Shown piece after piece: positions 1 through 10,123 of a stretch of 64,000 nt of DNA. Position 1 is the first letter of the stretch. Each line of letters starts with the position of its first letter. The stretch is from a virus (Duplodnaviria; Caudoviricetes). A program made the position numbers and the translations under genes. The stretch covers positions 1,036-65,035 of IMG/VR virus record IMGVR_UViG_3300043466_003828. The stretch is one strand, 5' to 3'. The notes under the pieces were generated by a model that was given only the letters and a program-made list of their open reading frames with translations, did no database searches and was not told the origin of the DNA.

Positions 1-209
1 GTAAGAGCGGCACTACGTATCTCAATGGTACGGTAAAGACCAAGGATGGTCAGGAAATCAAGTTACTTATCTTCAGTAACTCCAACAAAACAGACGGCTC
101 TAATCAGCCAGACTACAGGGTTTATTTCGATAATCCAATTGGATCGAATGCAGGCTCTGAAACCCCAAAGGCAGCTAAGAGCAATAAGTCAGACGAGATC
201 CCCTTCTAA
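1..209 (+). CDS. Partial ORF (5' truncated), DUF736-like/SSB-like protein with acidic C-terminal tail
   Basis: Open frame from base 3: KSGTTYLNGTV...NQPDYRVYF...KSDEIPF*. PDYRV motif and an SSB-type DEIPF tail. Confidence 0.6.
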   Translation, partial: KSGTTYLNGTVKTKDGQEIKLLIFSNSNKTDGSNQPDYRVYFDNPIGSNAGSETPKAAKSNKSDEIPF

Positions 210-212
210 GTT

Positions 213-1301
213 GTGAGTATTGCCCTACATTTACCTCTTAACTCAACTTCGTTAGGGCAGGTTTCGTATTCCATCCTGCGAGAAATTTACTCTCGCGGGA
301 TGGATGCTGTCCTTTTCCCTATTGGGGAAATAGATATATCTTCGCAAAAGATAGACCAAAATTTTGCGGATTGGATTAAAAATGCCGCTACTGATGCGGT
401 AAAAAAACACGATAGAAAAAATCCCATATTCAAGTTATGGCATATCCAAGGCAGCTTGGAAAGCTTTTCTGAAAAACAAGTTCTTCTTAGTTTTTACGAA
501 CTAGACTCTCCCACGCCAACAGAAATAAATATTGTAAAAAATAACTCAAGCGTATTACTTTCTAGTAATTATTCTGTCAATATATTCAATAATATGGGGC
601 TTGACAATGTAAAGTTTGTTCCATTAGCATTTGATGATACTCATTTTAATTTAATACCTAAAGATAACGCAACTGGAGACATTCAGTTTGGAATGTTCGG
701 AAAACTTGAGCCAAGCAGAAAACGGCACTTGAAAATTCTAACTTCTTGGGTTAAGAAGTATGGAAACAGACCGGGATACATGCTGAATTGTAATGTATTT
801 AATAGATTTCTTGATCCGAATATTCAGTCAAAGATTATTATGGAAGCCTTAAATGGCAATAGATATTGGAATGTAAATTTCCTTCCTCATATGGAAAGCA
901 ATGCTACATACAATAAGTTTATAAATAACAATGATATTGCTATCGCAATGAGCGGCGGCGAAGGTTGGGGGCTTCCAGAATTCCAAAGCGTAGCACTTGG
1001 AAAGCACTGCGTGGGATTGAATGCCCATGCCTATAAAGATTGGATGAACGAAAAAAATGCTATTTTAATTAATCCAAGTAGCAAAATCCCAGTTTATGAC
1101 AATATGTTCTTTAGACAAGGAGCAGAAACAAATCAAGGAAATATCTTTGACTGGAATGAAGAAGAATTTATTAGCGGCCTTGAGCAAGCAGAAAAAAGAT
1201 TTAAAGAGAACCCTGTAAACACAGAAGGCTTAAAACTAAGAGAACAGTTTACTTACAAAAAGACCGTAGACTCAATACTTCAAATAATGAATTCTTTATG
1301 A
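213..1301 (+). CDS. GT-B (GT4-like) glycosyltransferase
   Basis: GTG start. FGKLEPSRKRH, and SGGEGWGLPEFQSVALGK resembling the GT4 E-x7-E donor motif. Confidence 0.8.
   Translation: MSIALHLPLNSTSLGQVSYSILREIYSRGMDAVLFPIGEIDISSQKIDQNFADWIKNAATDAVKKHDRKNPIFKLWHIQGSLESFSEKQVLLSFYELDSPTPTEINIVKNNSSVLLSSNYSVNIFNNMGLDNVKFVPLAFDDTHFNLIPKDNATGDIQFGMFGKLEPSRKRHLKILTSWVKKYGNRPGYMLNCNVFNRFLDPNIQSKIIMEALNGNRYWNVNFLPHMESNATYNKFINNNDIAIAMSGGEGWGLPEFQSVALGKHCVGLNAHAYKDWMNEKNAILINPSSKIPVYDNMFFRQGAETNQGNIFDWNEEEFISGLEQAEKRFKENPVNTEGLKLREQFTYKKTVDSILQIMNSL
270..304 (+). other. 14-bp GC-rich hairpin inside the glycosyltransferase coding sequence
   Basis: TCCATCCTGCGAGA-aatttac-TCTCGCGGGATGGA: 13 Watson-Crick pairs plus one G-U pair. 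Confidence 0.55.
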
Positions 1302-1462
1302 CAACTGATGATAAAAATTTTAAAGATCTAGAACTAATTAAATCCGCCGCAAAGTCTCTAGAGCAGATAACATTTAAAGATGGCACTTCTTATTTTAGAA
1401 TGCCGAATGGACAACTAGTTAGGTCGTCTAAACGCGCATATATAATTAGAAAAGAAAAATAA
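1298..1462 (+). CDS. Small hypothetical protein (54 aa, not in ORF track)
   Basis: ATGA overlap with the upstream stop. MTTDDKNF...YFRMPNGQLVRSS...KEK* fills the gap. Confidence 0.6.
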   Translation: MTTDDKNFKDLELIKSAAKSLEQITFKDGTSYFRMPNGQLVRSSKRAYIIRKEK

Positions 1463-1466
1463 AGCC

Positions 1467-1784
1467 GTGGCAATATACGTATTCGAAAATCCAAATACTG
1501 GAGAGACAATAGAGTTGTCTTTTGGCATGAATGATAAAAAATCATATATTGACCAGAATGGCGTAGAATGGGAGCGTGTATATTTCCCCACATTGTTTGC
1601 ATTTGATACAAAAATAGACCCACATGACTCAAAAGCCTTTGTTAAAAAGACGGATAAAGCTGGAACAATTGGTGACATCATGGACTTGTCTAAAGAGATG
1701 AGCGAAAGGCGTGGCGGTAAAAAAAATGACCCAGTAAAGAAAGAATTCTCTAAAGACTGGAAAAAACGCAGAAAAATGAACTAG
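1467..1784 (+). CDS. FmdB-like regulatory protein (zinc-ribbon cysteines absent)
   Basis: MAIYVFENPNTGETIE follows the FmdB N-terminal pattern (MPxYxYxC..CG) without the Cys residues. Confidence 0.5.
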   Translation: MAIYVFENPNTGETIELSFGMNDKKSYIDQNGVEWERVYFPTLFAFDTKIDPHDSKAFVKKTDKAGTIGDIMDLSKEMSERRGGKKNDPVKKEFSKDWKKRRKMN

Positions 1785-1891
1785 TACAATCAAATAATCA
1801 AATTATTGCCTTAAAAAAGCACTTCTTGATTTTTTTATTTTCAAATTAATCATTATGTTGTAATATACTACTACAACCATTTAGAAGAACT

Positions 1892-2863
1892 ATGATATTT
1901 GAAGAACAGATTTCCAGAAAACCAAACACCTACCCTTGGACAGAAGAATATATCGAGGCAATGCATAATGGATTTTGGACTGATAAAGAATTTAGTTTTA
2001 AATCCGACGTTCAACAATTCAAGGTCAACCTCTCTGATCAAGAGAGGGAAATCATAATTCGCACACTGTCAGCTATTGGCCAAATAGAGGTTGCAGTTAA
2101 AACCTTTTGGGCAAAGTTAGGAGAGAATTTACCCCATCCATCGCTCCAAGATCTTGGATATGTTATGGCCAATGTTGAAGTTATTCACAATAATGCTTAC
2201 GAAAGACTTATTTCAGTTCTTGGGCTAGAAAACGTTTTTGAAGAAAATCTTAAACTAGACTGGATACAGGGTAGAGTTAACTATCTTAGAAAATATACAC
2301 ACAGATTCTATAAAGACTCAAAAAAACAGTACTTATATGCACTAATACTTTTTACTCTTTTTGTGGAAAATGTATCTTTATTTAGTCAGTTTTATGTTAT
2401 AAACTGGTTTGCGCGCTTCAAGAATGTACTTAAAGATACCGATCAACAAGTTAAATATACTAGAAATGAAGAAAACTTACATGCCTTGGTAGGCATTAAA
2501 ATAATCAACACTATCAGAAAGGAATATCCAGAACTATTTGATGCCGAACTAGAAAATAAAATTCTACTTGAAGCGGGAGAAGCATTTAAATCAGAAAGCA
2601 AGATTGTAGACTGGATGGTAAATGGAATAAAAGAGGAAGGCCTTGATGCAAATATTTTAAAAGAATTTATTAAAAATCGTATAAATGAATCCCTTTCTCA
2701 AATTGGATTTAGAAAAGCCTTCGAAGTCAACAATGAACTACTTAAATCAACAAAGTGGTTTGAGGAAGAGCTTCTTGGTAATAATATGACTGACTTTTTT
2801 CACTCCAGACCCGTAGAGTATTCTAAGAAAAATCAGTCCTTTAACGAAGATGACTTGTTTTAG
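1892..2863 (+). CDS. nrdB: Ribonucleotide reductase beta subunit, class Id-like
   Basis: FWTDKEF, QIEVAVK, EVIHNNAY, ENVSLFSQF, EENLH, DFFHSRPVEY. Confidence 0.95.
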   Translation: MIFEEQISRKPNTYPWTEEYIEAMHNGFWTDKEFSFKSDVQQFKVNLSDQEREIIIRTLSAIGQIEVAVKTFWAKLGENLPHPSLQDLGYVMANVEVIHNNAYERLISVLGLENVFEENLKLDWIQGRVNYLRKYTHRFYKDSKKQYLYALILFTLFVENVSLFSQFYVINWFARFKNVLKDTDQQVKYTRNEENLHALVGIKIINTIRKEYPELFDAELENKILLEAGEAFKSESKIVDWMVNGIKEEGLDANILKEFIKNRINESLSQIGFRKAFEVNNELLKSTKWFEEELLGNNMTDFFHSRPVEYSKKNQSFNEDDLF

Positions 2864-2892
2864 TATTCAAAAATTTGTATCCTTACAAAAGC

Positions 2893-4554
2893 ATGACAAC
2901 TGAAACTGATAGTAATATTTACTGGTTAAATAAAGACTCTAGAAAATTCCTTCAAAGAGGATATCTTCTAGAAGATGAAACAGCAGAGCAAAGAATTAAT
3001 GATATAGCAAAAACTGCTGAAAAAATTTTAGGTCAAAAAGGTTTTGCAAAAAAATTTGAAGATTACATGCATAGAGGTTTTTATTCCCTCGCCTCACCAA
3101 TTTGGTCTAATTTTGGTCGTAAGCGCGGATTGCCAATTTCATGCTTTGGATCTTTTGTGCCAGACACAATGGAAGGCATTATGGAAAAGGTTGCCGAAGT
3201 AGCCGTGATGACCAAGCATGGAGGTGGAACCAGCGCTTATTTTGGGAAATTAAGAAACAGGGGAGCGAATATTTCTTCTGGAGGAGAGTCAACCGGATCT
3301 GTGCATTTCATGGAATTATTTGACAAACTAATGAATGTAGTTTCTCAAGGCAATGTACGTCGTGGCTCTTTTGCGTCATACCTACCAATAGATCATGGGG
3401 ACATAGAAGAGTTTTTAAAGATAAAATCCGAAGGTAATGAAATTCAAGATCTCTCTATTGGCGTTACCATTTCTGATGAGTGGATGAAATCAATGGTAGA
3501 TGGCGATAAAGAAAAGCGTAGAATATGGGGACTAGTTCTAAAAAAGCGCTTTGAATCTGGATATCCATATTTATTCTTTACTGACAACGTAAATAAACAA
3601 GCGCCGCAAGTTTACAAGGATAAAAAACTTAAGATTAATCACTCCAATCTTTGTAGTGAAATAATGCTTCCTAATTCTGAAGACGAATCTTTTGTGTGCG
3701 ACCTTTCATCAATGAACCTTGAAAGGTGGGAAGATTGGAAAGATACAGATGCGGTAGAAACAATGGTATTTTTCTTAGATGCAGTTATGACAGAGTTCAT
3801 AACCAAAACTGAAGGAGTAAAGTTTATGGAAGCTCCTAGAAAATTTGCAGTTCGTCATCGCGCATTGGGGCTTGGAGTTCTTGGTTGGCATTCACTGCTA
3901 CAATCACAAATGATACCATTTGAATCAATGGAGGCAAAAATTCTTAATAATACTATTTGGAAAACCATTAGACAGAAAGCAGACAAGGCTAGTGGAGAAC
4001 TGGCAACGCTTTTTGGAGAGCCAGAAGTTCTAAAGGGGTATGGTCGTAGAAATACAACCACGCTTGCCGTAGCACCCACAACTTCAAGTTCATTCATTCT
4101 TGGCCAAGTGTCACCAAGCATTGAACCATTAAATAGTAATTATTATGTAAAAGATCTTGCAAAGGGAAAATTTTCCTACAAGAATCCATATCTTAAAAAA
4201 CTATTAAAAGAAAAAAATCAAAATACAGATGAAGTTTGGAAGTCTATATTAATTAATTCTGGTTCAGTACAACATTTAGATTTTCTTTCTCAAAATGAAA
4301 AAGATACATTTAAAACTTTCGAAGAAACCTCACAGCGAGAAATTATTATACAGGCGGCAAGCCGTCAAAAACACATAGATCAAGGACAGAGTCTTAACCT
4401 AATGATTCCAGCTGGCACCCCACCTAAACTGGTTAACGAGCTTATTATTTTTGCTTGGGAGCAGGGTATTAAAAGCCTTTATTACCAGAGGTCTACAAAC
4501 CCAGCCCAAACTCTAGCAAGATCTATAATGTCCTGTAAGAGTTGTGAAGCATAA
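2893..4554 (+). CDS. nrdA: Ribonucleotide reductase alpha subunit, compact, no ATP-cone
   Basis: PISCF, QGNVRRG, SNLCSEI, CDLSS, VAPTTSSS, LYYQRS and C-terminal CKSCEA. The ATG at 2893 is preferred over the TTG at 2875. Confidence 0.95.
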   Translation: MTTETDSNIYWLNKDSRKFLQRGYLLEDETAEQRINDIAKTAEKILGQKGFAKKFEDYMHRGFYSLASPIWSNFGRKRGLPISCFGSFVPDTMEGIMEKVAEVAVMTKHGGGTSAYFGKLRNRGANISSGGESTGSVHFMELFDKLMNVVSQGNVRRGSFASYLPIDHGDIEEFLKIKSEGNEIQDLSIGVTISDEWMKSMVDGDKEKRRIWGLVLKKRFESGYPYLFFTDNVNKQAPQVYKDKKLKINHSNLCSEIMLPNSEDESFVCDLSSMNLERWEDWKDTDAVETMVFFLDAVMTEFITKTEGVKFMEAPRKFAVRHRALGLGVLGWHSLLQSQMIPFESMEAKILNNTIWKTIRQKADKASGELATLFGEPEVLKGYGRRNTTTLAVAPTTSSSFILGQVSPSIEPLNSNYYVKDLAKGKFSYKNPYLKKLLKEKNQNTDEVWKSILINSGSVQHLDFLSQNEKDTFKTFEETSQREIIIQAASRQKHIDQGQSLNLMIPAGTPPKLVNELIIFAWEQGIKSLYYQRSTNPAQTLARSIMSCKSCEA

Positions 4555-4571
4555 CAATTTAATGCCAGCAT

Positions 4572-4940
4572 ATGGACTATAATGACAGCGATACTGTTAA
4601 TATTGACGAATTAATAGAAAAAAAGCTTTTTGATAACCTTAAATGGTCAATGTTGCTATTTGTATTTAACCAAGTTTGCGATAATGTTGCTAACGATGGA
4701 GAAGATAATAAAATAAGCACACAAAAGCTATTCTTTAAGGAATGGAAGAAGTTTGTTATAACTAATATGGTTCAGGATGATCTGAATACCATTAACAAAA
4801 CCTTGAACTCTCCACTTAATATGTTTTTTTCAGTTCTTCAAAACAAGGGAGACGAAATTAAAACAACAGAAGAGTACCAAGAGAAGTATAATAAAATTAT
4901 TAAAAAAATCGAAAAAGAATTTAATGAAAACTTTGAATAA
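4572..4940 (+). CDS. Hypothetical protein
   Basis: 122-aa ORF in operon context. Confidence 0.6.
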   Translation: MDYNDSDTVNIDELIEKKLFDNLKWSMLLFVFNQVCDNVANDGEDNKISTQKLFFKEWKKFVITNMVQDDLNTINKTLNSPLNMFFSVLQNKGDEIKTTEEYQEKYNKIIKKIEKEFNENFE

Positions 4941-4985
4941 GTTTATAATTATTAGAATTACATTAAACCAAAAATTATAATTTGC

Positions 4986-6050
4986 ATGAGCAAAAAAGTA
5001 GTAGTAACAGGCATTACCGGGCAAGATGGAAGTTATATGGTAGATTTCTTGCTTAAGAATACAGATTATATAATATATGGAATGGTGAGGAGAGCTTCCA
5101 CTCTAAACACTACCAATATTTCCCAATTTTTAACAAACGATAGGTTTAAATTAATAACTGGAGATTTATCTGATGGGCAATCTATAGCCAATATTGTTAG
5201 TGAAGTTGTTCCAGACTATTTCATTAATTTAGCCGCACAAAGCTTTGTAGGCAGCAGTTGGCAAATTCCAGAGCAAACTTTTGATGTTGGTGCAATGGGC
5301 GTATTGCGTTGCCTAGAAGCAATTAGAAAATACGCGCCAAATTGCAGGTTCTATAACGCTGGATCCAGTGAAGAGCTTGGTAATGTAGATTATTACCCAC
5401 AGGATGATAAACATCCCTTGAAGCCAAGAAGTCCATATGGAGCCGCGAAAGCTGCCGCAAGGCACCTTGTTAAGGTTTACAGGGAAAGTTATGATTTGTA
5501 TGCAATACAGGGACTATTGTATAATCATGAATCGCAACGCCGTGGAGAAGAATTTGTTACTAGAAAGATTACAAAGGGTGTTGCTAGAATTTTAAAATGC
5601 ATTAAAAATAATGAAAAGTTTGAGCCTATACATTTGGGCAATATAGATGCAAAACGCGATTGGAGCCACGCAATGGATTTTGTAGAGGGTATCTGGTTAA
5701 TGCTAAATCAGAGCGAACCAAGGGAATATATTCTATCGTCAGGAGAAACGCACTCTGTTAGGGAGTTCGTATCACTTGCGTTTAAAGCAGCTGGCATAGA
5801 AGGAAATTGGAATTTCGTTAATGGAAACGAGCCCATAAATGAAGAATTTTTAACAACCGACGGCGACTCTGTCGCAACTTTAGTAAAAATCAATCCAGAA
5901 TTTTACAGGCCCGCAGAGGTAGACCTATTATTGGGTGACTCAACTCCAGCCAGAAAAGAATTAAACTGGACTCCTAGGATTTCTTTTACAGATCTTGTAA
6001 AATTAATGGTAGAAAACGATTTAAATCTTGAAAACTGTGTAAATATATAA
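4986..6050 (+). CDS. gmd: GDP-mannose 4,6-dehydratase
   Basis: TGITGQDGSY, NLAAQSFV, PRSPYGAAK, NHESQRRGEEFVTRKI, RDWSHA, RPAEVDLLLGD. Confidence 0.95.
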   Translation: MSKKVVVTGITGQDGSYMVDFLLKNTDYIIYGMVRRASTLNTTNISQFLTNDRFKLITGDLSDGQSIANIVSEVVPDYFINLAAQSFVGSSWQIPEQTFDVGAMGVLRCLEAIRKYAPNCRFYNAGSSEELGNVDYYPQDDKHPLKPRSPYGAAKAAARHLVKVYRESYDLYAIQGLLYNHESQRRGEEFVTRKITKGVARILKCIKNNEKFEPIHLGNIDAKRDWSHAMDFVEGIWLMLNQSEPREYILSSGETHSVREFVSLAFKAAGIEGNWNFVNGNEPINEEFLTTDGDSVATLVKINPEFYRPAEVDLLLGDSTPARKELNWTPRISFTDLVKLMVENDLNLENCVNI

Positions 6051-6059
6051 TATATTCCT

Positions 6060-6245
6060 ATGAATGGAGAAGAAAAACTCAGTAATTGTAAATTCCGCTC
6101 ACAGGACGAGCAGGAAAGAGTTATTACAAGGTGTTCTTGCAGGGGTGGAAATTACACAGACAAAGGATTCATCTGTGAAAAAAGAGAAATCTTCAAAGTC
6201 ACGCAAGAAGTCTGTCAAGACTGCGGCGAATACGAGCCTAAATAA
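6060..6245 (+). CDS. Small Cys-rich protein
   Basis: 61 aa with 6 Cys (CKFR, CSC, ICE, CQDC), directly after a GTGTAAATA motif. Confidence 0.55.
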   Translation: MNGEEKLSNCKFRSQDEQERVITRCSCRGGNYTDKGFICEKREIFKVTQEVCQDCGEYEPK

Positions 6246-6582
6246 AAGAAACTTTGTTTTAAGATTTTTAAAATCTGATGCCAAGATTATTTGGCCTAGA
6301 GAGATGAAGATAGTTAATTCTCTCTTAAAAATATTCCCAAATGAAATATTTTGGGAATCATTGACTTTGAGGTTTCAATTAAATAGCCTTTGTTGGTTCC
6401 TATCCGATGAGGGAAGAAGGCTACTAAATATAGAGTATAAGAAATTCATTTTTGAACCAGAAAAGCCGCAGAGTTTCATTATAGAAAATAATAATATTGA
6501 ATTTAAGGGAAAAATAGGTGAAACTGTACAAGCACCTATAACAGTGCGAGAATTTTTAAATTTATGGCAAAAGAAGAAATAA
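6064..6582 (+). CDS. Hypothetical protein (true start uncertain)
   Basis: 172-aa ORF whose N-terminal third overlaps 6060-6245 in another frame. Its 3' end overlaps the recA-like gene. Confidence 0.55.
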   Translation: MEKKNSVIVNSAHRTSRKELLQGVLAGVEITQTKDSSVKKEKSSKSRKKSVKTAANTSLNKRNFVLRFLKSDAKIIWPREMKIVNSLLKIFPNEIFWESLTLRFQLNSLCWFLSDEGRRLLNIEYKKFIFEPEKPQSFIIENNNIEFKGKIGETVQAPITVREFLNLWQKKK

Positions 6583-7664
6583 AATCAAACTCCAGTCAAT
6601 CAGTACTATCGTCCTTCCTAAAGAGCACAAAAGGTGAACATTATAACTTTGAAGATGAAAAGATTTTCAATGTATCTACCGGATCTCTTCTTTTAGATTC
6701 CGAGATGGGTGGGTCTTTGGAGGTTCCAGCGATCTTGCGCTTTACTGGAGTAAGCGGAGGTGGAAAAACTAGCTCGGCTCTTCTTATTATGAAGAATTTC
6801 CTAGATACGGTTCCCAAGGGAAAGGGTTTTCTAGTAAAGGCGGAAGGTAGGCTTAATTCCAATGTAAAGAACGTGTCTGGAGTAAAGTTTGTAGATAAGG
6901 CTGAGGATTGGGTTGACGGAACCTGCTTCGTATTACGCACAAATATTTATGAGAATGTTGCTAGTATTATTCTAGAACTTATTAAAAATAATCCAGATGA
7001 TTCAAGGTATTATTTTCTAATTGATAGCATGGATGCTCTTATCGCTAAGAACGATGCGGCAAAAGGTTTTGAAGACAGTCAAAAGGTTGCCGCTGGTGCG
7101 GTTATTAGCTCGCATTTTCTTAAGATGATCATGTTACCATTGTCAACTTTTGGTCATGTTTGCGCCCTAATTTCACAAGTTCGTTCGAATGTTCAAATTA
7201 ATCCTTATGCGAAAACAGATCCAAAGCTTACAAACAGTTCTGGTGGTAACGCTTTACAGCATTATGCGGATTGGATTTTTGAATTCCAGCCTAGATACAA
7301 AGCAGATCAAATAGTAGAAGATGGAAAAATAATCGGCCATTGGGCAAAAATAGTTCTCCGTAAAACTACTAATGAAAAAGAAGGAACAGAAATATTATAC
7401 CCAATTCGTCATGGCAGAACAGGAGGAAATAGCATCTGGATTGAGTATGAAGTATCTGACATGTTAATTCAATGGGGATTTGCAAAAAAGTCTGGCGCAT
7501 GGATCAATCTTGACTCCAAGCTCGTAGACGAAGTTTCGAAAGAAACTGGTCAAGCAGTGCCAAGTACAATACAAGGAATGGAAAAACTAAGAACCTTTTT
7601 AGAAGAAAATAAAGAAATCTGTCTTTACTTATTTAATAAGTTTAAAGGGGCGCTAGCAAAGTGA
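6564..7664 (+). CDS. recA: RecA/UvsX-like recombinase
   Basis: STGSLLLD, Walker A GVSGGGKT, IDSMDAL, ISQVR, SGGNALQHY, KSGAW. Confidence 0.85.
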   Translation: MAKEEIKSNSSQSVLSSFLKSTKGEHYNFEDEKIFNVSTGSLLLDSEMGGSLEVPAILRFTGVSGGGKTSSALLIMKNFLDTVPKGKGFLVKAEGRLNSNVKNVSGVKFVDKAEDWVDGTCFVLRTNIYENVASIILELIKNNPDDSRYYFLIDSMDALIAKNDAAKGFEDSQKVAAGAVISSHFLKMIMLPLSTFGHVCALISQVRSNVQINPYAKTDPKLTNSSGGNALQHYADWIFEFQPRYKADQIVEDGKIIGHWAKIVLRKTTNEKEGTEILYPIRHGRTGGNSIWIEYEVSDMLIQWGFAKKSGAWINLDSKLVDEVSKETGQAVPSTIQGMEKLRTFLEENKEICLYLFNKFKGALAK

Positions 7665-8614
7665 AGATAGCAGTTAGATTGGAGGGTGGACTAGGCGACC
7701 ATTTGCTTGCAAATCGATTTGTTCATGCAATCAAAGAAAAATATCCAAATAGTAAAATACACGCATTTTCCGACACGGAGGGAAATTCACGCTCAATTGA
7801 ATTACTGCAACAGTTATTTCCTTCAAAATATGATATTATATCTACATGCGAAAAAAGAAAAAATCAAAATTTTGAAATTAAAACCCCATTCGGGGTTGAA
7901 AACTATCCTGCATATATAACAAATTTACCAGACCGTTCTTTATTAGAAATAAATTCGTGCGATAAATTTTATGATTTGCATATTGATAGTTTAAATTGGT
8001 TAAATTATGATTTTGATTGGTTAAGATATTACTACTTTTTTCCTAAACCAGAAATTGAACTAGTATCCCCATACAAATCGGGATATATAATGGCCCATCT
8101 ATATTCAAGACCAGATTCTCCGTATAATTTAGAGCAATGGTACACAATACAGCTTTTATCAAAACTATCAGAAAACAATAAAATTGTAGTGGTGACGCAA
8201 AACCAGCATAAAGACTATTACTCGGAACTTTTTAATAATAAAAATATAATTATTAATACAGCAGATAGCGTTATTGAAATATGTAGAATAGCACAAGGCT
8301 GCAGCTGTTTTATTGGTATTGATAGTGGCATTAGATATATTCCATATTATTTCTCTAAACCAGTTTTTGTTTTTTCAAAATATTGTCAAGAATATGGATC
8401 TGTAGGATATTCACATTTAATAAGATGGTTAATTTTTCCTAAAATGGTTTTGCCAATGCATTTTAATATTGATATCGTAAAAAAAATGATATATCATTCT
8501 ATTAATAACCCAGCCAACATATTGTTTCCGGAGCTACTAGAAAATTCTAATCTCTATACAGTAAATAGATTTGCGTACAATAGGACAACTAATAATGATA
8601 GCCTTAATCAATAA
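7661..8614 (+). CDS. GT9-like glycosyltransferase
   Basis: N-terminal EGGLGDHLL and C-terminal FIGIDSGIRY. Confidence 0.7.
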   Translation: MKIAVRLEGGLGDHLLANRFVHAIKEKYPNSKIHAFSDTEGNSRSIELLQQLFPSKYDIISTCEKRKNQNFEIKTPFGVENYPAYITNLPDRSLLEINSCDKFYDLHIDSLNWLNYDFDWLRYYYFFPKPEIELVSPYKSGYIMAHLYSRPDSPYNLEQWYTIQLLSKLSENNKIVVVTQNQHKDYYSELFNNKNIIINTADSVIEICRIAQGCSCFIGIDSGIRYIPYYFSKPVFVFSKYCQEYGSVGYSHLIRWLIFPKMVLPMHFNIDIVKKMIYHSINNPANILFPELLENSNLYTVNRFAYNRTTNNDSLNQ

Positions 8615-9311
8615 CGCACAAGGAATAGGGGATAAAATACAATTCTCATCTCTTCCGGAAATTATATTTCACAATACAAATAGAAAAGTTATAGATTATA
8701 ATAATTGTTGGGTATTTGACCACAATCCTTACGTTATTAGGGGTAATCATGATTACGATAAAATCATAAATCCTTGGGATATATCTCATTCATATAAGGC
8801 AGATTATTATCTCTCTATTTCTGAAAGATTTTTTAAAAACAGCGAGTTTTCAGATTTTAAAATAACTTTAAGACATCCTAGATTATATAAGTTTGAAGAT
8901 ATAAAAATTATACCCAATAGAGTAGTTATTCATACAACAGGCAAAAGTGAGGGAGGGCAAATTAATGACGAGGTACTCCATCATATTAAAAATACTTATT
9001 CAAATTTCGAGATTATTCAAATAGGTGGTTTAGATGACAAGCCAACAGAATTTATAAATAAATTAGGATTGAGTCTCTGGGAGACTACTGAAATTATTGC
9101 CAGCTCGTCTATTTTTATAGGGGTAAACAGCGGTATGATGAATATTGCAAACTGTTACCCAAGAATAAATAGAAAAATAATATTAAATAGAGATGATTTA
9201 GATACCATATCGCCACTCAATCCAAATACCGGATGGCTTGATTATAATGTTCAATATTTCAATCAAACACAATTTGATATCGGTACTACATACTCATTTT
9301 TAAAACTATGA
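8595..9311 (+). CDS. GT9-like glycosyltransferase
   Basis: QGIGDKIQFS, FDHNPYV, IIQIG, FIGVNSGMMNIA. ATG 8595 is the likely start. Confidence 0.7.
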   Translation: MIALINNAQGIGDKIQFSSLPEIIFHNTNRKVIDYNNCWVFDHNPYVIRGNHDYDKIINPWDISHSYKADYYLSISERFFKNSEFSDFKITLRHPRLYKFEDIKIIPNRVVIHTTGKSEGGQINDEVLHHIKNTYSNFEIIQIGGLDDKPTEFINKLGLSLWETTEIIASSSIFIGVNSGMMNIANCYPRINRKIILNRDDLDTISPLNPNTGWLDYNVQYFNQTQFDIGTTYSFLKL

Positions 9312-10123
9312 TAATAGATTGCTTCACATTCTGGAAAGAGCTAGATATTTTAGAAATAAGGCTCAACGAACTATATTCCACTGTTGATTATTTTGTGCTC
9401 GTGGAAGCCACCCACACACAAAGTCTGCAGCCAAAGCCATTATATTTTGAAGAAAATAAACAAAAGTTTTCTAAGTTTCTAGACAAGATTATACATATAA
9501 AGGTAGAAAATACCGTAGATATTTCTCAATATCCTTGGGCCTTCGAGAACTATCAAAGATCCTGTATATCCCAAGGCTTAAATCGGCTTAATCTTGATGA
9601 CAATGATATTGTCCTTATTTCGGATGTTGATGAGATACCGAGCGCAAACGCACTTAAAAATTACCTACCAAATCTAAATGAAATTTTATGCTTTGGAATG
9701 ACATACAATGTTTATTATTTAAATTTAATCATGAGACATAAAGTGTGGACTGGCACCGTGGCAACAAAATGGAAATTTGCCAAACAAATAGACCCACACC
9801 CCCTTATTAAGGTAAGAGACAGGCTTCCTCAAAGTTTAATAATACCAAATACCGGATGGCATTTGGGGTACCAAGGTGGAGAAGAGATAATCTTTGAAAA
9901 ATATTTTTCATGTATAGAGCCATTTAATAAAAACGACATTCCGTCGAAAGAACTGTTTTCACAAGTATTTAAAGAATATGCCAGAAATGGTGGATGTTTT
10001 ATTTTCTGTGACAACTTATCTCGCAAAGATTTGACGCTAGATCAAATAGAAATTAAGTCTGGAAACTTACCAGATTTTATTATAAACAATCAAGATAAAT
10101 TTAAATCTTATTTACTATCATGA
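9308..10123 (+). CDS. GT17-like N-acetylglucosaminyltransferase
   Basis: DCFTFWKELDILEIRLNEL, VDYFVLVEA, ENYQR, SDVDEIP, GWHLGY. Confidence 0.85.
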   Translation: MIIDCFTFWKELDILEIRLNELYSTVDYFVLVEATHTQSLQPKPLYFEENKQKFSKFLDKIIHIKVENTVDISQYPWAFENYQRSCISQGLNRLNLDDNDIVLISDVDEIPSANALKNYLPNLNEILCFGMTYNVYYLNLIMRHKVWTGTVATKWKFAKQIDPHPLIKVRDRLPQSLIIPNTGWHLGYQGGEEIIFEKYFSCIEPFNKNDIPSKELFSQVFKEYARNGGCFIFCDNLSRKDLTLDQIEIKSGNLPDFIINNQDKFKSYLLS

